A DNA stretch of 64,000 nucleotides from Bdellovibrionales bacterium (GTDB taxonomy: Bacteria; Bdellovibrionota; Bdellovibrionia; Bdellovibrionales; UBA1609): contig JAIBAM010000001.1 of NCBI GenBank assembly GCA_019695175.1, forward strand, positions 277,689 to 341,688. The letters are read 5' to 3'. The translations under genes and the position numbers were made by a program. This document shows, piece by piece, positions 20,520 through 32,276 of the stretch (positions are counted from its first letter, which is position 1; every line of letters starts with the position of its first letter). The notes beneath the pieces are model-generated. The model was not told where the DNA came from and ran no database searches. It worked only from the letters and a program-made list of their open reading frames with translations.

Positions 20520-23285
20520 TTAACTCAAGGCCTCAACACATTTGGGACATAAGTCGGGTTGTGGAGAATTCTCCGAAGTTAATTCATCATAGTGCCAACA
20601 ACGCACACACTTTTTTCCTCGAGCGCGGTCGGCTGTAATATGAAGGGAGTCTCCTTTTTTCAAAGTCACATGGGAAACAATTAAAAGTTCCCGTAAGTCG
20701 CTCTGGAAAGATTCAAGTAAAACAAATAGTTCTTGAGAGGCTGTAAGGGTCAGTTGCGCTTCTAAGCTGGAACCAATGATTTTTTGTATCCTTAAATCCT
20801 CTAAAATTTTACTGCTTTTGGCTCTTATTTCTAGCAATTGGGAAAACTGTTCTAAGAGCTTGTCGTTATTCCATTCAGGTTTTGGTTGGGGAAAGGGTGC
20901 TAAGAACACGCTGGATTCTTTTTTTCCAGGGATATATTGGTAGGTTTCTTCAGCTAAGAAGCTAGCAATAGGTGCCATGAGAGAGCTGAGTTTTGTGGCC
21001 AAATAGTAAAGTACGGTTTGTGAAGCCCTTCGGGGCAATCCATTTTTTCGTGAAGTATAAAGTCGGTCTTTGAGCACATCCAGATACGTTGCAGAAAGAT
21101 CCACGGTGATAAAAGTGTTTAGCGCGTGGTAGACTTTATAAAACTCATAATGTTCATAGGCCTCGGTACAGCGCTCAATCAGAACATTAAGTTTAGCCAA
21201 GGCCCATTGATCCAGCTTAGGCATTTGGGAGTAAGCAACCCTGTCGGAAACTGGGTCAAAATCATTTAAGTTTCCTAGTAAAAATCTCAAAGTGTTACGA
21301 AACCTTCGGTAAGTGTCTGCAATACGATGGAGCATTTCTTTGCTTATAGTGAGATCCCCTCCAAAATCTTCGTGGGCTACCCAAATTCGTAGAACTTCGG
21401 CACCGAAATCTTTGATAACTTCACTGGGATCGACCACATTCCCTTGGCTTTTACTCATTTTAAAACCTTGGGCATCATTGACGAAACCGTGGGTCACCAA
21501 TGCTTTAAAGGGAGGTACTCCATAGGCGGCCATCGAAGAAAGTAAAGAGGTTTGGAACCAACCGCGATGTTGATCGCTGCCTTCAATGTAAATGTCTGCA
21601 GGAAAGTTCAGTTCGTTTCGACGTTTTTGTACAGCCGTATGGCAAGAGCCACTATCAAACCAAACATCCATAATGTCTTTGCCAATTTCAAACTCGGATC
21701 CTTTACATTTGGAACAAGAATATCCCTGGGTAAAATGTTTGGGGGAATGACTGTAGTAAACTTCAATTCCCAAACCGGTGGACTCCATGGTGTCGGCAAG
21801 TTTGAACATTATATCGGAATGAACTAAGGGTTCTTGACATTGTTTACAATAGTAAACAGGGACTGGCACGCCCCATGTTCTTTGCCGACTCAGACACCAG
21901 TCAGGACTATTGGAAACCATAGCTGTCAGTCTTTGTATTCCCCACTTTGGAACAAAATGAATATCATTTTCAATCACCTTAAGAGTTTTTTGGCGAATCT
22001 GTGCCTGGGGATCATCTAAGCGGATAAACCATTGTGGAGTGGATCTAAAAATGAGGGGTTTTTTTGAGCGAGGTCCATAGGGGTATTGATGCTCAATTTC
22101 TTGGAGGGCCAAAAGACTTTGATTTTTTTCAAGTAAATCAACAATCACCTTGTTCCCATCCCAAAGGCTCCTACCAGCGAGTTCAGGAATTTCATTGTTG
22201 AATTTTCCTGCAGCATCCACTGGGGACTTGGTGGGGAGATTGTATTTGGTGCTGACAACATAGTCTTCGATTCCGTGGGCACCAGCGGTGTGCACGCAAC
22301 CAGTTCCGGCCTCTAAGGTGACATGATCACCCAAAACTAATAAAGAATTTCTGTTTATTAATGGATTTTGAGCTTTTAAGTTTTCAAGTTTATTTCCTGG
22401 AAAACGAGTGATCTCAGTTAAAGTTCTGCCAATATTTTTTGCTACACTATCAACAAGTCCTTGCGCGATAATTAAAAGCTCCCCATCGGCTTCATAAATA
22501 CCGTAACAAAAATCGGGATGAACGGAGATGCCGTAGTTTGCAGGAAGTGTCCAAGGAGTTGTTGTCCAGATAACCACGGATAGGGGTCTGTTGTCGTTTA
22601 AACCGAATACTTTATGGACCCCTTCAAGTTTAAATTTTACGTAAATAGAAAGGGATTTGTGTGTTTTATATTCCACTTCGGCAGCAGCTAAAGCAGTTTG
22701 CAATGCGGGATCCCAAAAGACAGGTTTTTCTCCTCTTTGTAAACCACCATTTTTATGAATATGGGCGACCACTCTGATTTCATCGGCTTCGTATTGTGGA
22801 TCCAAAGTAAGATAGGGGTGATCCCAATCAGCTAGAATTCCCAATCTTTGAAATTGTTCCCGTTGTTTGTGGACCCAACTAAGAGCTTCTTGCCTACAAA
22901 GATTGCGAAATTCCGCGGGGCTTGGTTTGCTTTTTGCCTGATTTAATTTCTTGGTGACATTGAGTTCAATAGGAAGTCCGTGACAGTCCCAGCCAGGGAT
23001 AAAAGCAGCCTGTTCCCCTTTTAGATTTCGATATTTTATGATGATATCCTTCAGAACTTTATTAAGGACATGGCCCACATGAATATTCCCGTTTGCATAT
23101 GGGGGACCGTCGGGCATGACGAATTTTTTTTGATCGGAATTTTTGGATAGAATTTTTTGGTAAAGATTTTCTTTTGTCCATTGTTCAATTCTTAAAGGCT
23201 CAGTTTGGGACAAATTTGCACGCATGGGAAAAGGGGTGGAGGGCAAAGTGACTGTATTTTTATATTTCTCTTCTGAAGTGGACAA
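20520..23285 (-). CDS. ileS: isoleucine--tRNA ligase
   Basis: HIGH-type motif NIHVGH, KMSKS, and C-terminal Zn-ribbon cysteines. I chose TTG 23285 (MSTSEEKYKNTVTLPSTPFPMRA, AAGGAG 6 nt upstream) over the track's TTG 23318. Confidence 0.95.
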   Translation of the reverse strand: MSTSEEKYKNTVTLPSTPFPMRANLSQTEPLRIEQWTKENLYQKILSKNSDQKKFVMPDGPPYANGNIHVGHVLNKVLKDIIIKYRNLKGEQAAFIPGWDCHGLPIELNVTKKLNQAKSKPSPAEFRNLCRQEALSWVHKQREQFQRLGILADWDHPYLTLDPQYEADEIRVVAHIHKNGGLQRGEKPVFWDPALQTALAAAEVEYKTHKSLSIYVKFKLEGVHKVFGLNDNRPLSVVIWTTTPWTLPANYGISVHPDFCYGIYEADGELLIIAQGLVDSVAKNIGRTLTEITRFPGNKLENLKAQNPLINRNSLLVLGDHVTLEAGTGCVHTAGAHGIEDYVVSTKYNLPTKSPVDAAGKFNNEIPELAGRSLWDGNKVIVDLLEKNQSLLALQEIEHQYPYGPRSKKPLIFRSTPQWFIRLDDPQAQIRQKTLKVIENDIHFVPKWGIQRLTAMVSNSPDWCLSRQRTWGVPVPVYYCKQCQEPLVHSDIMFKLADTMESTGLGIEVYYSHSPKHFTQGYSCSKCKGSEFEIGKDIMDVWFDSGSCHTAVQKRRNELNFPADIYIEGSDQHRGWFQTSLLSSMAAYGVPPFKALVTHGFVNDAQGFKMSKSQGNVVDPSEVIKDFGAEVLRIWVAHEDFGGDLTISKEMLHRIADTYRRFRNTLRFLLGNLNDFDPVSDRVAYSQMPKLDQWALAKLNVLIERCTEAYEHYEFYKVYHALNTFITVDLSATYLDVLKDRLYTSRKNGLPRRASQTVLYYLATKLSSLMAPIASFLAEETYQYIPGKKESSVFLAPFPQPKPEWNNDKLLEQFSQLLEIRAKSSKILEDLRIQKIIGSSLEAQLTLTASQELFVLLESFQSDLRELLIVSHVTLKKGDSLHITADRARGKKCVRCWHYDELTSENSPQPDLCPKCVEALS

Positions 23286-23308
23286 AAAAGGCTCCTTTTT
23301 TTGGAGCC
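23284..23308 (-). terminator. terminator-shaped hairpin (GGCUCC-A7-GGAGCC-U6) after the transglycosylase gene, overlapping the ileS SD and start
   Basis: Read directly on the minus strand: ggctcc aaaaaaa ggagcc tttttt g. Confidence 0.5.
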
Positions 23309-23334
23309 ACTCTAACAATGCAAAATGTGAATCG

Positions 23335-24795
23335 TCAAATGGGCTTCGTAATTACAGGTTGAAGTTTCCCTTTAGTTTGATTTATGGCCTCAGTGCTCCC
23401 AAGGGGCAAATGGAGAATGTATCCCACAGGTAATATGATTTTTTGCCAATTTTTAGGATGCCAGTCCAAATTAATCGCCGCTAAATCACTAAAGTCCACA
23501 GAGAGGGATTTAACTAAATCTGTGAGTCGAATTTTTTTGGTCACTTGAAACTTTTCAAACTTAATTGCTGGATCACGAATGATGGTGGGGAAAACCTTTT
23601 CACTGTATCTTTCCGCGTGAAGGGCGGCTAAGAAGCAACTGTAAAAATTGGAGGAAGCAAAAAGAAAATCTCCCTTATGATATCTTTCTATAATGGTAGG
23701 GAGATCCCGGGATTTAGCTGCTTTAATAGCTTTTTGTAGATTTCCATAACCGTGATTGTAAGCTGTGATGGTGAGTGGCCAACTTTGGATCACTTTTTGA
23801 TAACTTCTTAAAAGTCGAGCTGCCATTTTGGTGGCTTTGATGGGTGAGTTTCTTTCGTCGATCATACTATTCACCATACCGTAGGATTTTCCGGTAATTG
23901 GCATAATTTGCCAGACGCCACTGGCTCCCACTTTGCTCTGAGCTTTTTCATTAAAACTACTTTCCACAAAGGGAAGTCGAGTGAGTTCCGTCGGCAATCC
24001 ATATTCACTGAAAGTTTCTTCCAAATGGAGCAAGTATTTAGAACTGCGTCGCAGTCCTTCAGCAAAAAAATCCCTTTGACCCAATTGGGAACGAATCATG
24101 TTGGCGGCTTCTAAGTAGATTTTTTTTCTTGAACCGGGAAGACCTTTTAAAACTCCAGCTAGATGACGATCAAATTCCCCTTTGATTTGGTTTGGATTTC
24201 GTGCCAATCGTTTTAAATTTTGTACAATTTTTTTCTTGGCAATGGCCACCCCTTTTTCAGCCCTTTGTACTCTTAACCATTCGGGACCCTTACCGGTCTC
24301 AATATCTTCGGATAAGTCGATGATGTCGTATACAAGCCAAGGGTACTTACTGTGATGAAGGATATGAACTCGTTTGCCGTATTGAGTGTAGACTAAAAAC
24401 CAAAAATGAACTCGGGTCAGCATTTTTTCAGGGATTCTAAACTCACTGGAAATTCTATTTAAAGGGTCTTGGAGTACATCAATATAGTTTTCTCCCGCCA
24501 GTGCTGCTGGAGGGGGTGGATCACTTGCCAAAGGGACCATGGATTCGGGCAGGGGAACCTGCAGATCGTCAGGATGAATTGTGGGCTGAGCGGTGGGGGC
24601 CTCAGCCGTTTTGTTTTCACTTCCGTCACTCATTCCCAAAAGTGAGAGAAATAAAATGGGGATGATAAAAAAAGCCCCGAAACGATTCTTGCTTCTACTT
24701 TTGAGAGGTTTATTGGAGGGCTCTTTTTTTATCAAATTTTTTATAGAGAAGTTTTGCATACTAGACTTGGGAGCAAATGGAATGCCAGGGCGCAC
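23335..24795 (-). CDS. membrane-bound lytic murein transglycosylase (SLT domain)
   Basis: Catalytic block FVESSFNEKAQSKVGASGVWQIMP. N-terminal signal/anchor and a Pro-rich linker. Confidence 0.85.
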   Translation of the reverse strand: MRPGIPFAPKSSMQNFSIKNLIKKEPSNKPLKSRSKNRFGAFFIIPILFLSLLGMSDGSENKTAEAPTAQPTIHPDDLQVPLPESMVPLASDPPPPAALAGENYIDVLQDPLNRISSEFRIPEKMLTRVHFWFLVYTQYGKRVHILHHSKYPWLVYDIIDLSEDIETGKGPEWLRVQRAEKGVAIAKKKIVQNLKRLARNPNQIKGEFDRHLAGVLKGLPGSRKKIYLEAANMIRSQLGQRDFFAEGLRRSSKYLLHLEETFSEYGLPTELTRLPFVESSFNEKAQSKVGASGVWQIMPITGKSYGMVNSMIDERNSPIKATKMAARLLRSYQKVIQSWPLTITAYNHGYGNLQKAIKAAKSRDLPTIIERYHKGDFLFASSNFYSCFLAALHAERYSEKVFPTIIRDPAIKFEKFQVTKKIRLTDLVKSLSVDFSDLAAINLDWHPKNWQKIILPVGYILHLPLGSTEAINQTKGKLQPVITKPI

Positions 24796-24915
24796 CTTTT
24801 ATTGCTTTAAAAATCAAGTAATTTTAATGGGTTATGAATTTTGAAAAAGGATTTTTTGTGAACCACCCGTTCTGAACCGATAAGATGACAAAAATTGTTT
24901 TAGGATGATCAAAAA

Positions 24916-26376
24916 ATGGACTCAAATGTGCCCCAACTCACGCCCTTGCCTAGTTTTGCTCAGGCCCATTTTACGGCTGTCGTAAGTGATTTACATTTAT
25001 GTGAAGAGGAACCGGTAAATATCAGGTTTCCTTATTGGAAAAAATATAAAACAAAAGAGTTTTTTTTCGACGACACCTTTGTCCTGTTTTTACAACATTT
25101 ACGAAAAAAATCAGGGGGTAAACCCATTGAACTTATCTTTAATGGAGATATTTTCGATTTTGATAGTGTAACAGCTTTGCCCAAGTCGCCCCCATTTCGT
25201 TTGAGTTGGTTGGAAAAAAAGCGAGGGCTTCATCCTCAAAGAGATAAGTCTACTTTTAAGATTCGACGGATCTTAACTCATCATCAGGTTTGGGTGGAGG
25301 CTCTTCGAGAGTTTATCACCTCTGGAAATAGGGTGATTTTTGTGGTTGGTAATCATGATTTGGAACTCCATTACCCCAAAGTTCAATCTGCAATTATGGA
25401 ATCACTTAATTTGCCAAATCATTGTCAGCAACAAGTACGGTTTAATGAGTGGTTTTACATTTCTAACGGCGACACTCTCATTGAGCATGGGAACCAATAT
25501 GATCCTTATTGTATGGCCCAAGACCCCATAAACCCTTATGTGCAAAGATTCAATCGTATCGAAATCAGGGTTCCCTTTGGCAACCTGGCCACAAGGTACT
25601 TAATAAATGGGATGGGCTTTTTTAACCCCCATGTAGATTCAAATTATTTAATGTCAGCAATAGAATATTTTAAATTTTTTACCCGTTATATGTTTAAGGC
25701 GCAGCCTTTGTTGATGTTGGATTGGCTCTGGGGATCAGTCGTCGCTTTGGTGCAATCTTTTATGGATCGATTGCGACCTTCTTTAAGAGATCCATTGAGC
25801 CTTGAAGATCGTGTGGAATGGATTGCCTTCAAAGCAAATGCAACCCCAAGAATGGTAAGGGAACTTCAGGAACTTTTTGTGGCCCCGGCTTCCAGCTACC
25901 CCTTAATCATTATGCGTGAATTATGGTTGGATCGGGCCTTTTTGGTTTTTGGTTTCTTAGTTCTCATTGTTGAAATTGCTTTATTTTTAAGTGCCGTAAA
26001 AGGATTGTCTTTGGTTTGGTTTTTGAGCCTTCTTATTCCAGTACTCATATTTTTACCTTTTTTTATATTTTATTCCAGGTCTGTGGCCTCACTGGTGATC
26101 GAGTCAAAAGAGCCAAAGGAAGAGGTAATGACTATGGCTGGACAAATTACTAAAACAAATCGAATAGTTTATGGTCACACCCATATAGCTCGTCATGAAG
26201 TTATTGGCCCTATTGAACACTTAAATTGTGGAACATGGTCACCAGCATTTGCAGATGTGGAATGTCAAAAACCAGTGGGGCAGAAGACCTACGTCTGGAT
26301 TGAACCGTCCCATACTGGAATTCGTCAGGCCCGTTTACTAGCTTTCAAAGAGGGTAAAGATTTAAAAGTGTCCTAA
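24916..26376 (+). CDS. metallophosphoesterase with an internal transmembrane segment pair
   Basis: Calcineurin-like motifs SDLHL, GDIFDF, GNHD and GHTH. A hydrophobic stretch of about 60 aa (LVFGFLVLIVEIALFL...LLIPVLIFLPFFIFY) lies between GNHD and GHTH. Confidence 0.8.
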   Translation: MDSNVPQLTPLPSFAQAHFTAVVSDLHLCEEEPVNIRFPYWKKYKTKEFFFDDTFVLFLQHLRKKSGGKPIELIFNGDIFDFDSVTALPKSPPFRLSWLEKKRGLHPQRDKSTFKIRRILTHHQVWVEALREFITSGNRVIFVVGNHDLELHYPKVQSAIMESLNLPNHCQQQVRFNEWFYISNGDTLIEHGNQYDPYCMAQDPINPYVQRFNRIEIRVPFGNLATRYLINGMGFFNPHVDSNYLMSAIEYFKFFTRYMFKAQPLLMLDWLWGSVVALVQSFMDRLRPSLRDPLSLEDRVEWIAFKANATPRMVRELQELFVAPASSYPLIIMRELWLDRAFLVFGFLVLIVEIALFLSAVKGLSLVWFLSLLIPVLIFLPFFIFYSRSVASLVIESKEPKEEVMTMAGQITKTNRIVYGHTHIARHEVIGPIEHLNCGTWSPAFADVECQKPVGQKTYVWIEPSHTGIRQARLLAFKEGKDLKVS

Positions 26377-26560
26377 AGAGATTCGGGGAAGAGGGAGTCT
26401 CTTCGCCTCCATAGCACCCAGTGTCTTTATTGCGCATTATGTCGTCTAGAGCTGAACTCAAATTGGTAATTAATCTGGACAAGAGTTCAGCGCACTGTTA
26501 CCCCTCGATATGAGGGCTTATTTAAAATCACTATCTTGGAAATTTTAATTTGGAGGAGAT

Positions 26561-26755
26561 ATGGCAGACGTATTAGTCGTTACCAGTAAAGTTAAAAAAT
26601 ATATCAAAGAAAAAGGTGGATGTAACACTTCATCTGAGACCATTGATGTATTAAGTAAAGCAGTGGAACTTCTCTGTCAGAAGGGGATCGATACAGCCAA
26701 AGCAGATGGCCGCAAAACTGTTATGGCTCGAGACATTATTATCGACCATCTCTAG
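26561..26755 (+). CDS. bacterial histone-fold protein (Bd0055/HBb-like)
   Basis: The full 64-aa sequence is MADVLVVTSKVKKYIKEKGGCNTSSETIDVLSKAVELLCQKGIDTAKADGRKTVMARDIIIDHL. From memory it is near-collinear with the Bdellovibrio bacteriovorus histone Bd0055. A strong SD GGAGGAG is present. Confidence 0.8.
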   Translation: MADVLVVTSKVKKYIKEKGGCNTSSETIDVLSKAVELLCQKGIDTAKADGRKTVMARDIIIDHL

Positions 26756-26780
26756 GAGTGAAGGAAAAAATCCTTAGAAT

Positions 26781-28913
<2,133 letters not shown>

Positions 28914-28946
28914 TTAGGGTCAATATATCATGGGAGATAAAAGTTT

Positions 28947-29228
28947 ATGATCAGTGAAGCCCAACTCAAGCGGATTGCCGAGTTAGCTCGGTTGCAACTT
29001 ACAGAGGGGGAGTTAGCTCTTTATCCCAAACAGTTTTCTTCCATACTGGAATACTTTGAGAAAATTGCTAAGATTCCTACAGAAAAAGTAGAACCTTTGG
29101 TCACGCCCACTGATATGGTTCAGACACTCAGAGGTGATGAAGTGAAACCGTGGGAACATCATAATGAGTCCTTGGCCAATGCTCCGGAGCGTTCTGGAAA
29201 TTTATTTAAAGTTCCCCCTGTAGTTTAA
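28947..29228 (+). CDS. gatC: Asp/Glu-tRNA amidotransferase subunit C
   Basis: A 93-aa protein with IAELARLQLTEGE, directly upstream of gatA. Confidence 0.9.
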   Translation: MISEAQLKRIAELARLQLTEGELALYPKQFSSILEYFEKIAKIPTEKVEPLVTPTDMVQTLRGDEVKPWEHHNESLANAPERSGNLFKVPPVV

Positions 29229-29243
29229 AAAAGGAACAATTAT

Positions 29244-30722
29244 ATGGAAGATATTTATTTTACCACCATTACCTCTTTGCGGGATCGTATTCGACGGGGA
29301 GATATTAAAGCCCGTGAGGTCATTGAAAAATATTTGGGTAGAGCGCAAAAGTTAAATCAGAGGCTGAATGCGTTTATCTCGTTGAATCAGGAAGGCGCCC
29401 TTGCGCAAGCGGACAAAATTGACCAAATGGTTGCCTCAGGGAAAGACCCTGGACCTTTGGCCGGAGTTCCCATGGCGATTAAAGATATGCTTTGCACCCG
29501 AGGACTGAAGACCACGGCAGCCTCACGTATTTTATATAATTACGTTCCACCTTACTCCGCCACAGTAGTCGAACGATTGGAGGCTGCAGGAGCTATCACC
29601 TTGGGAAAGGCGAACCAAGACGAGTTCGCAATGGGATCAAGCAGCGAAAATTCATTCTTTGGCGTTGTAAAGAATCCCTGGGATGAAAACTATGTTCCAG
29701 GAGGCTCCAGTGGGGGAACTGCCGCTGCTGTGGCTGCAGGAATGAGTGTTGCGGGCATCGGTACAGATACGGGTGGGTCCATTCGTCAGCCAGCCCATTT
29801 TTGTGGGGTTGTGGGGGTCAAACCAACTTACGGAAGAGTCAGTCGCTATGGAATCATCGCATTTGCTTCTAGTTTAGATCAAGCCGGCCCCATGACCCGA
29901 ACGATAAAAGACTCAGCCGAAATGATGGAAGTGATTTGTGGTTGGGATAAAATGGATGCCACGACTGCAAAAGTACAAGTGCCAAAATGGTCGACGCAAC
30001 TCAGTTCGAATTTAAAAGGAATTAAAATCGGTCTTCCTAAAGAATACTATTCTTCGGCTTTTGCTCCCGATACACAAAAAGTGATTGATCAAGCTTTGGC
30101 AGTTGTGCGCGAGGCCGGCGCTCAAATTGTTGAGGTCAGTATTCCTTTAACCGAATTTGGTGTACCTATTTACTATCTGGTTGCGGCCAGTGAAGCTTCC
30201 TCAAATTTAGCTCGCTATGATGGAGTTCGTTTTGGTCACCGGGCTGATTTTTCAAAAAAGCCAGCCGAAGATCTGGCTGAATTTTACTCTCGGTCCCGTG
30301 GTGAGGGTTTTGGTACGGAAGTTAAAAGAAGAATTATGTTGGGAACCTATGCTCTCTCAAGTGGTTACTATGATGCTTATTACAGAAAGGCCTGCCAGGT
30401 TCGTCGTTTGTTACGGGATCAGTTTAAAAAAGTTTTTACGGAGTGTGATGCTTTATTGACACCAGTGGCTTCAACTCCAGCCTTTAAAATTGGAGAGCGA
30501 ATCGCCGATCCTCTGCAAATGTATATGAATGATATTTACACAACATCAACAAATTTAGTTGGTATACCTGGACTGAGCGTTCCAGGCGGAATGTCGTCAG
30601 AAGGACTTCCCATCGGAGTGCAAATTACAGCGGCGCATTTTTGTGAAGAAAAAATGCTTAATGTGGGTTTTGCTATCGAGCAAGCCCTGGGAATATGGAA
30701 GAAGGTGCCAAATGGCTTATAA
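29244..30722 (+). CDS. gatA: Asp/Glu-tRNA amidotransferase subunit A
   Basis: Amidase signature GGSSGGTAAAVAAG and GTDTGGSIRQPA. Confidence 0.95.
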   Translation: MEDIYFTTITSLRDRIRRGDIKAREVIEKYLGRAQKLNQRLNAFISLNQEGALAQADKIDQMVASGKDPGPLAGVPMAIKDMLCTRGLKTTAASRILYNYVPPYSATVVERLEAAGAITLGKANQDEFAMGSSSENSFFGVVKNPWDENYVPGGSSGGTAAAVAAGMSVAGIGTDTGGSIRQPAHFCGVVGVKPTYGRVSRYGIIAFASSLDQAGPMTRTIKDSAEMMEVICGWDKMDATTAKVQVPKWSTQLSSNLKGIKIGLPKEYYSSAFAPDTQKVIDQALAVVREAGAQIVEVSIPLTEFGVPIYYLVAASEASSNLARYDGVRFGHRADFSKKPAEDLAEFYSRSRGEGFGTEVKRRIMLGTYALSSGYYDAYYRKACQVRRLLRDQFKKVFTECDALLTPVASTPAFKIGERIADPLQMYMNDIYTTSTNLVGIPGLSVPGGMSSEGLPIGVQITAAHFCEEKMLNVGFAIEQALGIWKKVPNGL

Positions 30723-32142
30723 TGATTGGGAACCAGTAATTGGTCTTGAAATCCATGCACAACTGTTGACTGCAAGTAAGATGTTTTCTTCAGATTCTGC
30801 TGCTTTTGGTGGAGCTGATAACGAGTTTACTCATCCTGTAACTTTGGGTTTACCAGGGGCACTTCCCGTGGTGAATGAAAAAGCCATTGATTTTTCTATG
30901 AGAGCCGGGTTGGCACTCAATTGTCAGATTCGGAATCGTTCGGTTTTTGCTAGAAAAAATTATTTTTACCCTGATTTGCCTAAAGGATATCAAATTTCCC
31001 AGTTCGATGCTCCACTCTGTGAAAAGGGTTTTGTAGAGTATTTTTTGAATGGAGAAATAAAAAAAGTGTCCATAGAACGAGCCCATATGGAAGAGGATGC
31101 AGGAAAATCCACACACTTTGCAGATTATACCCTCATCAATCTAAACCGAGCGGGTGTACCACTGTTGGAGATTGTTTCTGGTCCCGACATGAGATCGCCT
31201 GCAGAGGCGGCTGAATATGCTCGGATGGTGCGTCGAATTTTGCGCTATCTTGAAGTTTGTGACGGGAATTTAGAGGAAGGATCCATGCGATGCGATTGTA
31301 ATGTGAGTGTTCGTCGCAAAGGTGAAACAAAACTGGGAACCAAGGTTGAGCTGAAAAATATTAACTCCTTTCGTTTTGTGGAAAAAGCAATTGAATATGA
31401 AATTCAGCGGCAAATTGATGCCATTGAGTCGGGCGAAAAAATTGTGCAGGAAACGCGTCTTTGGGACACCGCAAAAAATCGAACTTTTTCCATGCGTTCT
31501 AAAGAAGAAGCCCATGACTATCGTTACTTTCCAGACCCAGATTTACTCCCGATAGAAGTTGGATTTGATTGGTTGGAAAAAATCAAAAAAGAGTTGCCAG
31601 AGTTGCCTTTGGCAAAAGCCCGTAGATTTCAAGATCAATTTGGGCTGCCAGCCTATGATTCTTTTGTGCTTACCCAGGAAAAGGCTTTGGCAGAATATTT
31701 TGAACAAACAGCAAAGGTTTGTGGGAATGCCAAGGCAGCCTCCAACTGGGTGATGGTGGAATTACTTAGGGAGTTAAATGAACAAAAACTTTTGGTTCAA
31801 GATTCCCCCATTTCAAGTCAAAGATTGGGAGAGTTGATTTTGCTTATAGAAAACAAAACTATTTCAGGAAAAATGGCAAAAGATGTCTTTTTGGAAATGT
31901 TGAAAAATCCTAAGAGTGCCCAGGAAATAGTAAATGAAAAAGGAATGAGTCAAATTACGGATGAAGGGGCCATCGTCAAAATCATTCAAGAGGTATTAGA
32001 TAAAAATGTAAGCGCTGTGGCAGAGTACCGTTCAGGTAAAAATAAATTATTTGGTTTTTTTGTTGGTCAGGTGATGAAAGCCTCTCGAGGTCAGGCTAAC
32101 CCAGACTTGGTAAATAAAATTCTTTTGGAGAAATTAAAATAA
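30712..32142 (+). CDS. gatB: Asp/Glu-tRNA amidotransferase subunit B
   Basis: MAYNDWEPVIGLEIHAQL. ATG 30712 overlaps the gatA end by 11 nt. The track start at 30643 is inside gatA. Confidence 0.95.
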   Translation: MAYNDWEPVIGLEIHAQLLTASKMFSSDSAAFGGADNEFTHPVTLGLPGALPVVNEKAIDFSMRAGLALNCQIRNRSVFARKNYFYPDLPKGYQISQFDAPLCEKGFVEYFLNGEIKKVSIERAHMEEDAGKSTHFADYTLINLNRAGVPLLEIVSGPDMRSPAEAAEYARMVRRILRYLEVCDGNLEEGSMRCDCNVSVRRKGETKLGTKVELKNINSFRFVEKAIEYEIQRQIDAIESGEKIVQETRLWDTAKNRTFSMRSKEEAHDYRYFPDPDLLPIEVGFDWLEKIKKELPELPLAKARRFQDQFGLPAYDSFVLTQEKALAEYFEQTAKVCGNAKAASNWVMVELLRELNEQKLLVQDSPISSQRLGELILLIENKTISGKMAKDVFLEMLKNPKSAQEIVNEKGMSQITDEGAIVKIIQEVLDKNVSAVAEYRSGKNKLFGFFVGQVMKASRGQANPDLVNKILLEKLK

Positions 32143-32276
32143 AATAAATTTAATTTATTTTATGGAATAAAAATCAATTTTTAGATAAGAACCTATTGAA
32201 AAGAATGGGACCCGTAAGAGTCAAATCTTTGACTGCAAGGGGGTTAGAGTTTTCTAAATGGTTCTAAGGGTTATGT

